Below are positions 12,803-26,395 of a stretch of DNA of 64,000 nt, piece after piece (the stretch's first letter is position 1; each line of letters starts with the position of its first letter). Both the position numbers and the translations under genes were made by a program. This DNA is from Octopus vulgaris (Eukaryota), in the NCBI GenBank assembly GCA_951406725.2, contig OX597815.1:18228001-18292000 (forward strand). The letters are read 5' to 3'. The notes beneath the pieces were generated by a model, which saw only the letters and a list, made by a program, of their open reading frames with translations, did not search any database and had not been told where the DNA came from.

Positions 12803-13276
12803 TATATCTATATACAAATGCATGAAAAGGCGGGTGAAATGCGTAGCCGTATTTCGTCTGTCGTTACGTTCCGAGTTCAAATTCCGCCGAGGTCGACTTT
12901 GCCTTTCATCCTTTCGAGGTCGATAAATTAAGTACCAGTTACGCACTGGGGTCGATGTAATCGACTTAATCCGTTTGTCTATCCTTGTTTGTTTTCTCTG
13001 TGTTTAGCCCCTTGTGGGTAGTAAAGAAATATATATCTATTTACAAATGCATGAAAAGGCGGGCGAAATGCGTAGCCGTATTTCGTCTGTCGTTACGTTC
13101 CGAGTTCAAATTCCGCCGAGGTCGACTTTGCCTTTCATCCTTTCGAGGTCGATAAATTAAGTACCAGTTACGCACTGGGGTCGATGTAATTGACTTAATC
13201 CCTTTGTCTGTCCATGTTTGTACCCTCTGTGTTTAGCCCCTTGTGGGTAGTAAAGAAATATATATACACATGCATG
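12803..13276 (+). mobile_element. Two tandem 5'-truncated SINE-B copies including duplicated flank
   Basis: 229-bp period (12829, 13058); each unit is preceded by tacaaatgcatgaaaa. Confidence 0.9.
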
Positions 13277-14777
13277 TGCAGGGCACACTTATACTAACGC
13301 ACGCGTGTACATATGTTTTTATCAGCTAAGAAGCAGAAGAAAGCGTGCCATGTAATATGGTGGTGAGTTTCATTTAAGAAATGTTCGTTCCATATTGAAG
13401 ATATAACTTCTTAATGAGAGGGAAAAACAGTCTTAACTTCATGAATAGAAATTCGAAAACAAATGCCGTTTTTTTTTGGGTGACATTCTCAGTTACAGCT
13501 TTTATTAATCTAAGAAATAATGACTTTTTTCAGTTCTTAATATAAAGCGCTTAAATAATTTTATTCAATAGATATCTTCCAGATATCCTATTGTTAAAGA
13601 ACTATTGCTGAAAAAAAAAAAAAAGCTGTCTTACAGTGAATCTTGGTTGCCATAAATAATGGAATAAAACACAAAGGTTTGTGTTAATAAGAATATAAAG
13701 CAGAGGTCATGAACTCTTGGAAATAGCATTATCGCTGAGAACAAATTTTTTTTTATAAGTATATTGAATGTAGCGTTAACCTTACAAAAACTGTACTTAG
13801 AAAAAAAGGGGTTTTGTTTGTTAATTAAGTCTATTCATATTAGTCAGTGACACACTGAGATTTGAAATTTACTCTCATCCTTTCTGACTGCAGTAGACAT
13901 GGCAGCAGTATTTTATTGAGATTTTAAACACTTGAAATGGTTTATTTACTTCTTCACTACTGATTATCTTCTCTTGCTATTAATGTTTGAAAGCACGCCA
14001 TATAATACGTGAAGTTTGTAAATATCACTACGACTTTCCAATACCGCAGAAAAGAAATAAAAAATATCAATTTGGAAAAAAATAACATATGGTATGGCCG
14101 ACTTTCAAAATACGAATACCAATATGTATTCATATCTTTATGGCATTTAAACCAGGAACGTTGATTTAAATAAAAGAATGACGCATAGTGTCTTAACATA
14201 TCTCGATAGAATTTAGTAACAAATAAAGTAGAATGTAAAATATAGTTTCCTCCATAGTAAACTTTGCTTTTAAATTAGATCCGTAAAGTTCCCGTGAAAG
14301 TGTCTTTCAATAAAAAGACATCAACTGATATTAGTGGGTATTTATTTTTTCAATCAATAACATACCACATGACCTGCTATGTTATTTCTAATTAGTTCAG
14401 AATAATCTTACATATGATAAAAGACAATTTGTGTCCTGGTGATCATGCTGGTTGAGAGAAACTAAAACAGCCAACGGAGTAACAGTGAGTGACGGTCAGA
14501 GACGTTAAAAACAGGCGACCTGTAGTAAAAGGTTTTACTCCGAAGCCGCAGTACAAATTTTTATCGTAAATAATATTTTCTTTAATAATTTCGTACATGT
14601 ACACACATGTGTATGTAAATATATACGAAATAAAATATTCTACTCTTTTCTTTTCAAGACATCGTTCACGTAACACACAAATACATACAAATACATATGT
14701 ATATGTAACACACGTAACACACAAATACATATGTATATGTATGCATATATATGAGTATGTATGAGTGTAAGTATGGA

Positions 14778-14831
<54 letters not shown>

Positions 14832-14840
<9 letters not shown>

Positions 14841-15020
14841 GAAGGAGCTTCTACAGGACTAGTACTGTTTCATAAGAGAAATCTTCAGAAGCTTCCTGAA
14901 GATTTCTCTGAATGAAACAGTACTAGTCCTGTAGTCCTTCTATATAATAAATTAATTTTACTCTGCTATGTATTGAGTACCTTACTTACTGTGGTTAACC
15001 CCGAATCAACCCGGGACCTA
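14832..15020. mobile_element. Short fold-back element between (TA)n tracts, Penelope-type
   Basis: Near-perfect palindrome 14832-14949 centred on aagctt, with CTGAAGA...GAAAC...GTC in the arm. Confidence 0.55.
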
Positions 15021-15049
15021 CATATATATATATATATATATATATATGT

Positions 15050-15723
15050 CTATAATAATTTTACCAAGTAGTGTTCAATATGTAAAAAGTATGTGGTAAA
15101 GTAAATTTTTTTTACTGAACCCTAATTATATAACGTAATGTTTTAAATATACCGTAAATGGTCTTTTTACATACTGAACACTACTTGGTAAAATTATTAA
15201 TTAATAATTAATTAATTTTACCCTTTTATTATTGACAATATAATTCTCTCTCCCTGATAATAAACTACAGATCCCTCTGTAGGGACTTGTTGCTCTATAA
15301 CTCACGTGGGTGGACGGGGAAGGATACAAAGCCTCATTCGTACTTTTTGAATTCGTTAGTACTGGCGGTCGAAGATGGTTTGTCTGGGATTACTCATATC
15401 AGACGGGTATGTTCGATTTTTAGTGCTCTCAAATTTAAACCTAACGAAATCTTGGGCTGATGACGGAAATGTTGATAGGAGTATGTATTTCTAGCATCTC
15501 TATATCTAACTAATCCAGAAACGGCGTTCTCAAGTAATCGATGTACGTGTGATCATTCGTTATTTTTCCCTCTATACCTACGTGAATTATTTTTGAGTAT
15601 ACATTGTCTGGGAGACTTTTCTTATAGAAGAGGAAATAGCTAAACTTTTTGGGCTGCTATTTCTAAAAGTTCGGTGTGTGGTAAAGTAAATTCTTTTACT
15701 GAACCCTAATTATATAACGTAAT

Positions 15724-15727
<4 letters not shown>
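15050..15727 (+). mobile_element. Non-autonomous Penelope-like element (direct terminal repeat + inverted 5' piece + hammerhead)
   Basis: gtgtggtaaagtaaatt.ttttactgaaccctaattatataacgtaatgttt at ~15091 and ~15676; inverted repeat 15053-15088/15162-15199; flanked by (TA)n on both sides. Confidence 0.65.
15451..15534 (+). ncRNA. Type I hammerhead ribozyme motif
   Basis: cttggg-CTGATGA-cgga[~46 nt]tcca-GAAA-c-ggc-g-TT-ctcaag: 6-bp stem I (cttggg/ctcaag), intact core, 2-bp stem III. Confidence 0.65.
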
Positions 15728-15758
<31 letters not shown>

Positions 15759-16980
15759 TGTGTGTATGGCTGTGTAGTAAGAAGTTTGGAGCTTATTCGC
15801 AACTGTAGTCATGGTGCAACTATAATTGTTATACTTGATCATCAAGCGAAAACAGTATAGAACGTTACTAACAAACCTGGTGATATGACCTGACTCATGA
15901 ATCTAATTCCACTGTAAGAAAAATATAAGCAACAGTAATAACACTCCTGCATGACGAATGAATTTCGTTGTTAGGCAGAGTTTGAATTTGATCATAAAAG
16001 ATTCTTTAGTTTCATAAGTTCGTCAGAGAGGAACGGCTTTCATACGCTTCGAAGGTCTCCAAGATTGGTAAAGAGATGGGAGAAGGCAATACAACCCATG
16101 GGTTATCTTCAAACTTAAACTTTGAAACACTAACTATAAAATATTTCTGATGTCAATTACCTTTTAAAGTAACTTACTGTCTCCTTAGTATAGTAGGTAT
16201 ATTAAATAGCATTTAATACAACTGACTTTTTTGTTTCTCTGCTGGAATGTTCAGGAAATATAATCAGAAAATTTGTTCCAAAGTATTTATTGATACTTTC
16301 AACTTGCTGTTGAAGGAACTGTAATATATATATAGCGTAGAAGGTATGTTAGATATAATGAATATTGACTTACATAATTGGCAGTCAAAAGAACAGGAAA
16401 TTCTTAAATTATGTGATGCGAGAAACATAAATTGGACTGCAAGACGATTAGATAAAAATTTGTAGACCGACTGTAGAATTATTGTCTGCGTTTACATAGA
16501 ATAACTTGGACATCAGGCACAAAATACAAGCATTCTTCAGAAATTCTTCGCCATGAGACTAATCAGATTTATGAAAATAACGAGAAAATATCTTCAAAAT
16601 ATTACAAAAATAAAAGCGTTTTCATATGATTTCACAATTTTCAATTAAAATGTTTTTCTATTTTTTGTAAACTGTAAATTGAAAATCAGTAAGGCAATAT
16701 TGAAATGCTGATATTCCTTTGTGTCAAAACCATCGGTTCTTGAAACTCTGTATTTAAGCTCAAAGAGAGAAAAATAGAGAGAGATAGAAATAGAGAAATA
16801 TTGGGGAGGTGGTGTAAATTTCTGCTATTTGATAAAAAGTATATCGGTCTCATTGTGTCTCGCATACATCGCCGTTAATATATTTATAAAATTAAATCAT
16901 TAAATTATTTTGATCACAAATTTTGTTGTCTACTACCAACTCAACATTTGTGGTTCTGGCAGTTTAGATCAGCAGACACA

Positions 16981-17220
16981 ATATATATACATACATATAT
17001 ACATACATACATACATACATACATACATACATACATACATACATACATACACATACTCATATATATTATTGGAATACCTACGTACAAACATACATATTTA
17101 GCTAGATGCTAATATACGTACATACAAGTACTCATACCTACCTACATACATATATTCTTACATATGCATGTGTGTGATCACTTGTGGATTTTCTGCTACG
17201 TGTGTGGTATATTGTAAGTG

Positions 17221-17272
<52 letters not shown>
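16981..17272. repeat. (TACA)n and (GT)n microsatellites
   Basis: Direct reading. Confidence 0.9.
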
Positions 17273-17273
<1 letters not shown>

Positions 17274-20109
17274 TGTATGCATGTGTCTGTGAGAAAGAGA
17301 GAGAAAATAACACAGGAAGTAGCCTGGGATATCATTAGAAGGTCCAATCGTTAATAAATAAAAGGATAATTTATCAATAGAACAAACACACACACATACA
17401 CAAGTAGCAGACAAAACTCACATATACAAACATAATTTCTCCCACACACATAAGTCTAAACAGCGAAGCCTGACCACAGAAATGGAAAACTTTAATTGTC
17501 TGTCACATCTTGCTGACACTTTTATCGTTCTCAGTTATTTATCTCGGACAAAATCAATAATATATAAATCTAGTAATTCTACAAAGTGCTTTTTCTCATT
17601 TTGAACTGAGATATAAAGATGTGTACTTTATTTAGAATTGGATAATTTTATCAGGATTCTTCTTTGTAATGTCGAATAAAAATAAAGATAAAGATATTAA
17701 TAAGATTTTTGATAATTGTTCTAAATATATTATTTCGCAGATATTTCTAAATATATTTCTTGAATATTTCAAAGAATTTGTTGGAATTGCTTTTCTTTCT
17801 TTTAAAATGTGTCTTATGGGAATTACAGCAACAAAAATTCAAACTACTATCTAACAATTAACAAACTGTTTTATTGGAAATACTGTTCTTTTTTTATTCC
17901 CCAGAAAAACAACCAAAAAGCTTCAAAATTCAATAATGATTTTGTGTTTTCGATAATTTCATATATTTATGAAAAATTGCTTCGAAGAAAATGTAATCAT
18001 CCAGGGAGTCCCGAATGCGAAACAATTTTATTGTTTAGAATCATTGCATATCTTTTACGTTCCTTACGTTTTTGGTAAAGACTTCAATATGGCAACCTAA
18101 AATTTCTTTTCGTTTTAAATTTCTGTGTTACTCTCACTAAAAAAAGTAATAACGCATTTATTCTCTTTCAAGCATTCGTAATCAAGAATAGGGCAAATTC
18201 ACTGCTGTATCTAAAAATAATAAAATTATACTTTCAGTATAAAATAACCTGAGACAGTCACACCATTCCTTATCATTCTGGTAGTTTCAGACATCAAGTT
18301 TTGCGGAAAAAATAAATCTATGTGGTTTAACAACTTCAAAAACATATATTTAGCGAGAAATAATCTGTTGATCAATTCTTTCTCTACTACATCTTTGATT
18401 CAACCTAGATTTTTCCCGGCAGTTCCGACGGACGTAAAATATGAGTTTTTATATTTTCCGATCCTCTGCTATTAATCAATGTTTACAGGTCGTGCTACAT
18501 TCTCCATTGCATTAAAAGTACTAGTGTTCGTGATCACGTTAAAAATATTCTACCTGTCTGTCAGCCATCTCACACATCTGTCAATTATTCTGGTTAATAT
18601 TTTTTTCTGCATCATTTCTCTTAGAAAAATCTAATGATTTGCTACTCCTCCAGTAGGCATGCTGTTTTAGCTCTGTCCCCGCTTTTTCTCAGACGATGTT
18701 ACTCTCGTTGACTTAAATGCATGGCGTCTCTTTGGCTCTCCCCCTCACTCACACCAATGCTGATGATCCAATAGCTGAAACACCATCAAGTTGTATTGAT
18801 CTACAGTCGTTAATACCCTAACTACCCGGAAAGTGACCGAAATATCGAAAGTCCAGACACTCTTGGACTATCTTTCTCCTTTATACCAGCTTTTACATAA
18901 ATCTCTTCTCATCAGAGAATCTGGTTATTGCAAAATCAAAATCCTTTATCCAATATTCTCATATTCTTGAATCCAAACATTCTATCAGTTTCTCATCAAC
19001 AATTCCTTTTCTTCAACACACCTGAGACATCTAATCGGGTGACGCCTGCCATCATCATAATTACACCCATTCATATTGCGTTGTTAGTTAAAATAAAGAC
19101 GAAGAGTACTTTCTACCAAGAAAGAAAAACGAATTTACCCATTTTTACCAGTTCAAATGCCGTTAAATAAAACCAAACACTGTGATGGATAGCATCTGAA
19201 AAATATTGGGAAAGCACTCAAATATTTCTCTTCAAACAGATCTTAGCTCAACTGTATATTCGTCGTTGCTGTCGTATTGCGTAACCTTTGATTAAACCTG
19301 GTCAGACATATGATAAAATATATTGCAAATTTCAACATCCTCTCCTGTCAGGGGTTAACTAGAACTATTTTATCTATTTTCGGCCTGTCGTTATCTAAGC
19401 AGGCAACTGTGACTTGAAGGGGTTTTAGCGCTATTTCTATTAGATCAAGTAATCATGTAGAGGATTCCTGCGGAAAGTGAAACATCAACTTTATTGTGCT
19501 TACAAGTGTGGGAGATCCCGGAGAAGAACAAGACTGCTACTCCGCATCGTAAGTGACAAAATCATATATATTGCGAATATTATCGCTCAGATGACTACTT
19601 GAAATTCTCCTTGCTGTTGGAAAGTTTCAAAATTATCATGTCAAAGAAGGCATAAAGAAAATATTTTTTACCTTATACTCTTTGAAGGTAGTTCAGTAAT
19701 TCCTCTTCTAAATGTAAATCCAATGAGAGAAATATCCACCTATGAATAATAAATAAAAATAAGTTAAATATTATTATATAAAAAAGAAAACTTTATAGTA
19801 TAAAAAGCGTTTATAGAGCCAATATTCCATAAGCAATGACTAAACTATTAAACGATTCCTACAAAATTTCAAATTATTTAAAGCATAACGATTTGCCAGT
19901 TATTTTGTTTGTGGTTGGAACACAAAAATGTCGGATGGTAATTGATATATTTTCTTAAGTGGAATGCTTAATATATATCTGGGAACGATAACAGTTTAGA
20001 TCCACCACCCTAGATGCCAAAGTTTTAAACACATGAAGTACCTAAGTTTAAAGTACATGGACGGCGCTATGCTGCCTTATTTCTGATTACATATCCAGGC
20101 GTATTAATA

Positions 20110-20338
20110 ACTCTCTTTACTCTTTTACTTGTTTCAGTCATTTGACTGCGGCCATGGTGGAATACTGCCTTTAGTCGAGGAAATCAATCCCCCAGGACTT
20201 ATTCTTTGTAAGCCTAATACTTATTCTATCGGACTCTTTTGCCGAACCGTTAAGTTATGTGGACGTAAACACACCAGCATCGGTTGTCAAGCGATGTTGG
20301 GGGAAGAAACACAGACACACAAACACACACACACACAC

Positions 20339-20400
<62 letters not shown>

Positions 20401-20586
20401 GATTGGCTTCTTTCAGTTTCCGTCTACCAAATCCACTCACAAGGCTTTGGTCGACCCGAGGCTATAGTAGAAGACACTCGCCCAAGGTGTCACGCAGTGG
20501 GACTGAACCCGGAACCATGTGTAAACACACCAGCATCGGTTGTCAAGCGATGTTGGGGGTAGAAACACAGACACACAAACACACAC
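20110..20586 (-). mobile_element. SINE-C, 5'-truncated, with a duplicated internal segment at its 5' end
   Basis: Tail at 20110; segment gtaaacacaccagcatcgg...cacacaaacacacac occurs at ~20266 and again at 20521-20586 in place of the head. Confidence 0.85.
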
Positions 20587-22169
20587 TTATAAATTTGTAC
20601 TGATCTACAGCAACTCCTGCATTTAATAACTTTTTTTGCATCGGCTCCAGGTAGGAAATTTGACATTTATTCGTAATGTCGCCGTTTATAAACGACTAGC
20701 ATTGAACTAGTATTGAATCTCACAACCTCAAAGAGATTGTTGACAAATTCGAATTAACGTGGTTTGGATTCAGGGTAGAAAATACGAAATTAACTAGTTA
20801 TGCACATAGCCTTAATATACCATGAATTATTTTTTATCCAAGTAACTTCGAAAGAGACTGGTGGGAAGAAGCGAAGAGCGAGGTAGTTATAATTTGACTA
20901 GAGACTTGTGTAGAATATTTTCATCCCAATGAAATCCGAAAAAGGCCGAGCGAGGAGGTTTTAAACAAACAACAGATTGTCTACTAGCCAAAACCAAGAA
21001 CAGTGGTAATTCTGAAGGGTTTCCAAACAATGTTCATCAACCAAATTTCGTTCACAAAGCTATGACAGAAAGTACTTGCTAAAGATGCCACATAGCGTGA
21101 TCACACACAAAATCATGTAGTTGCGATGCAAACTTTAGTCAGAGAGTCATACCTGCACTCATTAACGAATGAGACCACTTATGTCATTAATTTTCTAAGA
21201 AATATTTTATCAAAAAAAAAACCCCCCCAAAAAAACAAAACAGCAACGATACTGAAACATAGAAGTATTGAGGAAAGGTTTTGTGCGATTCACGTCTTAA
21301 TCAAAGTAGTATTGACACATGAAACGTAAAACACTACAAATTCTACTCAAAATTGGTCGGGAACTAGGCTTCTTAGAAACTTCACTCTACTCGACGTCAA
21401 TTGCTATATCTAAATATAAATAACATAAGAACTGGAGAGAAAGTGACCTTGCCTGCAGCTTAATATCAAATATTCCACTCGGTAAAGATTAAAATTAACG
21501 AATTTTTTCCCAGTATTTTTCGTTTATCTGTGTTAGTACCATTTATCTTTCCTTCTAGCATTTGCGAATATCTGCTTCAATGCGAGGACAGGGAATAATT
21601 TTAGGAAACATATTTTTGAAAATCGATCTCTTTTTACCAAACCTGTTTAATTACGTTCTTTAAATAATTTTTACTTTTGTAATAATCATAGCAACGTGAT
21701 TTTTCTCGAGAGAAAAAAGAAAACAAACTAAATCATCATAATTTCATATAGATTCGAAAAAAAAAATACAATCAATAAATAGAAATAGAAAATATGTTTT
21801 GAATAATTTTGTGTTAATAAGTGTACTATGAGTACGTTCAGGTAAACATGAATATGAATAGAGATAACAAGCACGTTTAGTAGTTGTTTGAGTACTCTGT
21901 GATACGTTTGATTATATCACTGAATTTAGTCTACACATAATGATTTATTGGTATTGAAATTTACAATCAGTTCTGATTTTTGTGTACTGTGAAATCGATT
22001 CAAGTAAGCATTTATATGTCTTTGTTCAAATTGAAAGATTTTTTTTCTCTATCATAAGCTTTGCAGTCGACGAAATATAAAGCAAATGATTTTCCTTGTC
22101 ATAATATTTTCGTTAGTTTTCAAAATTAAGATTCTCTATTCAGTTGCTGTCTGTGTTGTGCTTCTTTCT

Positions 22170-22710
<541 letters not shown>

Positions 22711-23030
22711 TGTATGAAATAAAAAAAAGAAAAAGAACCGAGAAGATAAAAGCAAAAATATTAAATTACAAAACAAGGAATTGATTTATTTGTTTAGGCA
22801 ATCAGAGTAATATTTTAAGAGAGGACATGGGCATGGAATACTTGTATCTTTAACAACTGCAAAAGCGATGCCAGTGAAATTTTATGGTTAAATTTGAAAG
22901 CAAGTTTTTGAGTTTAGTCCGTAGACTAAATAAATATATATTCTTTTATGGCAAAAATGAAATATACACAGAAACATGCACATAAATATTGACCCATCCA
23001 GCCACATACGTACACAATCTATTCAATATC

Positions 23031-23081
<51 letters not shown>

Positions 23082-23094
23082 TTTTCTACTGGAA

Positions 23095-23365
23095 GTATGA
23101 AAGGCAAAGTCGACCTCGGTGGAATTTGAAATCAAACATAGCAAACGAAATACCTATTTCTTTACTACCCACAAGTGGCTAAACACAGAGAGGACAAACA
23201 AGGGCAGACAAATGGATTAAGTCGATTATATCGACCCCAGTGAGTAACTGGTACTTAATGTATCGACCCCGAAAGGATGAAAGGCAAAGTCGACCTCGGC
23301 GGAACTCGACCTCGGCGAAATACCGCTAAGCGTTTCCCCCGGCGTGCTAACGATTCTGCCAGCAC
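23095..23365 (-). mobile_element. SINE-B rearranged dimer between (AAT)n/(AAC)n tracts
   Basis: Junction gaaatacctatttc at ~23147-23160; internal deletion/duplication at ~23300. Confidence 0.8.
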
Positions 23366-23370
23366 ACTGC

Positions 23371-23401
<31 letters not shown>

Positions 23402-23402
23402 G

Positions 23403-23433
<31 letters not shown>

Positions 23434-23475
23434 AACAACAACAACAACAATAATAATCACAATAATAATAATATT

Positions 23476-23580
23476 AATGCCCTGATACAGTACCATGCCC
23501 TGATACAGTACCATGCCCTGGTACAGTACCAGGCAGTGGTTCTCATGGCTTCTGAGCTTAACTGATGATTGGAAGTGTTA
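23476..23580 (-). repeat. 18-bp tandem repeat (ATGCCCTGATACAGTACC x3) next to (AAT)n, probable LINE 3' terminus
   Basis: Three units read directly; LINE origin is inferred from its position beside a TAA tract. Confidence 0.5.
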
Positions 23581-24920
23581 TTTGAAGAAATAAGCATGAC
23601 AACTCTCTTACTATTTCTTCTCTCTTTCCCTCGCTCTCTCTCTATTTATCCCCCTGATTCCTTTTGTTCCTAAACTATCAAATTCTTAGTAAGGAATTCT
23701 TGGAGTAATCACTGGTGGTAGGTCTTGGATTCAATAGATTCTTCCCCTCCAACTACACCTACAGTTCACTATTTTTCCCCATTACCGACGCGGACACCCA
23801 ACCCAACTGTCCACCAGTCTATTATATCAGTGCCAGAGTCCTTCGGGTCGAAGTGTGAAAGCCTTTACCTCCTTTCTCAATTTTTTCTATCTTTTCTTTC
23901 AATTTCTGTTTTACCTCACCGCTTCCGGAATGGTGGCCAAAATCCGTGGTAGAAGGTCGGAAATCATAACGTGATTGAGAATATTTGATAAGCATCCATA
24001 AATGTCGAGACATCGGTGATTAAACGGCAACCAGACAGAGCATGCTCCATGACGAAGGGGTGCCTTTCAAGTTAGATATCCTGCAAGACGAAAAACAAGA
24101 TACGACAAATAGCGGATAAACTCAGGAAAGTCAATGGCCATCCAAATAATATTTCTTTATTAGTATTGCTGCCGATAACGCCACCGTAATTATCCTAACT
24201 ACAGGCTTGTGATAGTAGTAATAATGATAATGTGTACTCCGACACCAAAACCGATACAGGTTGCCCTTTCAAAGCTAGGTCTACCATAAAGGGAAGAAAA
24301 TTTCTTTAACCTTGGCTGGCATCGCCGTAGAAATGATGTTTCTCACTGCTTTACAGGATGGGCCTTGCCATTATTCAACTACTGCTGTTAAGATTGTGAG
24401 AAAATAGTCCCATAACGATAATAGGACCGTGACAGAATGCTACTATAGTAGCGAGTTTGCCAAAATAGGATATTGGAAAAGGATGTATAAAATATGGAGA
24501 GAGCAAGACATGTTCCTTGTCACAGAACAAAGACTTCTAGATCAGAAAAATGTAATCTTCAAAAAACAATGGAAAAGTTTTCATAAAAAGTGAAAAACTA
24601 AAGGGGAAAAAAAAGGAAATCTATCCAGAAGTCCTTGGCTCCAATAAATCAACTGGTGATCGATAATAGCCAGGATGATAACAAATTTTACTTCGTGGAA
24701 GGAAAGGATGTTACACTGAAGAAAATAAGTTTATAGCATATAACAGCTAAACGAGACTCAAACTAGTGAAAGAGAGTTACTAACAGTGTGAGAGGAATCG
24801 AAAGAGAAAAACAACGTAAAAAAGTCGGACAAATCATTAATGAAAATCTATACCGAAAATATAACAAACCTAAACGACTTCATATACAGTGCAGCACATG
24901 TTGCTCTAGAAAAACATAGT

Positions 24921-25302
24921 GGAAGCACTCCGTCGGTTACGACGACGAGGGTTCCGGTTGATCCGAATCAACGGAACAGCCTGCTCGTGAAATTAACGTG
25001 TAAGTGGCTGAGCACTCCACAGACACGTGCACCCTTAACGTAGTTCTCGGGGATATTCAGCGTGACACAGAGAGTGACAAGGCCGGCCCTTTGAAATACA
25101 GGTACAACAGAAACAGGAAGTAAGAGTGAGAGAAAGTTGTGGTGAAAGAGTACAGCAGGGATCACCACCATCCCTGCCGGAGCCTCGTGGAACTTTTAGG
25201 TGTTTTCGCTCAATAAACACTCACAACGCCCGGTCTGGGAATCGAAACCGCGATCCTACGACCGCGATTCCGCTGCCCTAACCACTGGGCCATTGCGCCT
25301 CC
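24921..25302 (-). mobile_element. SINE-A, full length, nested in the R4-like LINE
   Basis: Near-identical to 2011-2393; TSD agaaa(a/c)acatagt at 24908-24920 and 25303-25315. Confidence 0.92.
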
Positions 25303-25990
25303 AGAAACACATAGTACACATGGTGGAAATGAAGGACGTGGAAATCAATTTGAACAACTTAATAGAAATTTTGAAACGACAAATGTAATTAAAAAATGAT
25401 GAAAGAAAGACGCGGAAATGAGCTTCAAAGAAAGTACATAAGCAACAGAGGATTACAGGTTGTTAATGAATGGAATTGATACAAATTAAGGCGATGAAGA
25501 AATATAAACAAATACCAACAAAGAATTAACTAAAGATCAAAACAGACTCTTTAAAAAAATAAAATGAAATCTTACCAACAGCTAAACAATGTAAATGAAC
25601 ACCCAGCGGAATACTGAGTCTAGTGCCGAAGCAGCAAGAAACTTTTGGTCAGATATTTGGAAAAAGGTTCAACAGGGAAACGGACTGGTTGCAGAAAGTT
25701 ACAAGTAATCCAGAAATAGATGAAAGGAAGAGAATACAAATATTACAGATGAGAAAGTGATAAACATACTTAAGAAAACATCAAGCTGGAAAGCACCTAG
25801 AGCTGATGGTGTTCTGGGATTTTGACTTAAAAAACCTCCCAAGCATGGACATCTATAAACAACCTTGTCATACTAACTGTATCGAAAATGGAACACCATC
25901 ATGGAATGACTGAAGGAGAAACAGTGCCAATATAGAAGGACAAAGAGACAAAGACAAAAGGAGGGGAAGTAATTATAAACCTATAACATA

Positions 25991-26395
25991 TAGGCGCAGG
26001 AGTGGCTGTATGGTAAGTAGCTTGCTAACCAACCACATGGCTCCGGGTTCAGTCCCACTGCGTGGCACCTTGGTCAAGTGACTTCTGCTATAGCCCCGGG
26101 CCGACCAATGCCTTGTGAGTGGATTAGGTAGACGGAAACTGAAAGAAGCCTGTCGTATATATGTATATATATATATATGTATGTATGTGTGTGTGTATTT
26201 GTCCCCCTAGCATTGCTTGACAACCGATGCTGGTGTGTTTACGTCCCCGTCACTTAGCGGTTCGGCTAAAAGAGACCGATAGAATAAGTACTGGGCTTAC
26301 AAAGAATAAGTCCCGGGGTCGATTTGCTCGACTAAAGGCGGTGCTCCAGCATGGCCGCAGTCAAATGACTGAAACAAGTAAAAGAGTAAAAGAGT
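25991..26395 (+). mobile_element. SINE-C, full length, nested in the R4-like RT
   Basis: Complete head to gagtaaaagag tail; splits the YKPIT motif region. Confidence 0.92.

Noticed and set aside
19270-19450. Faint similarity among 19270-19450, 47540-47740, 53460-53630 and 59690-59815
   Set aside because: Probably an ancient repeat family, but too diverged to align or classify by eye.
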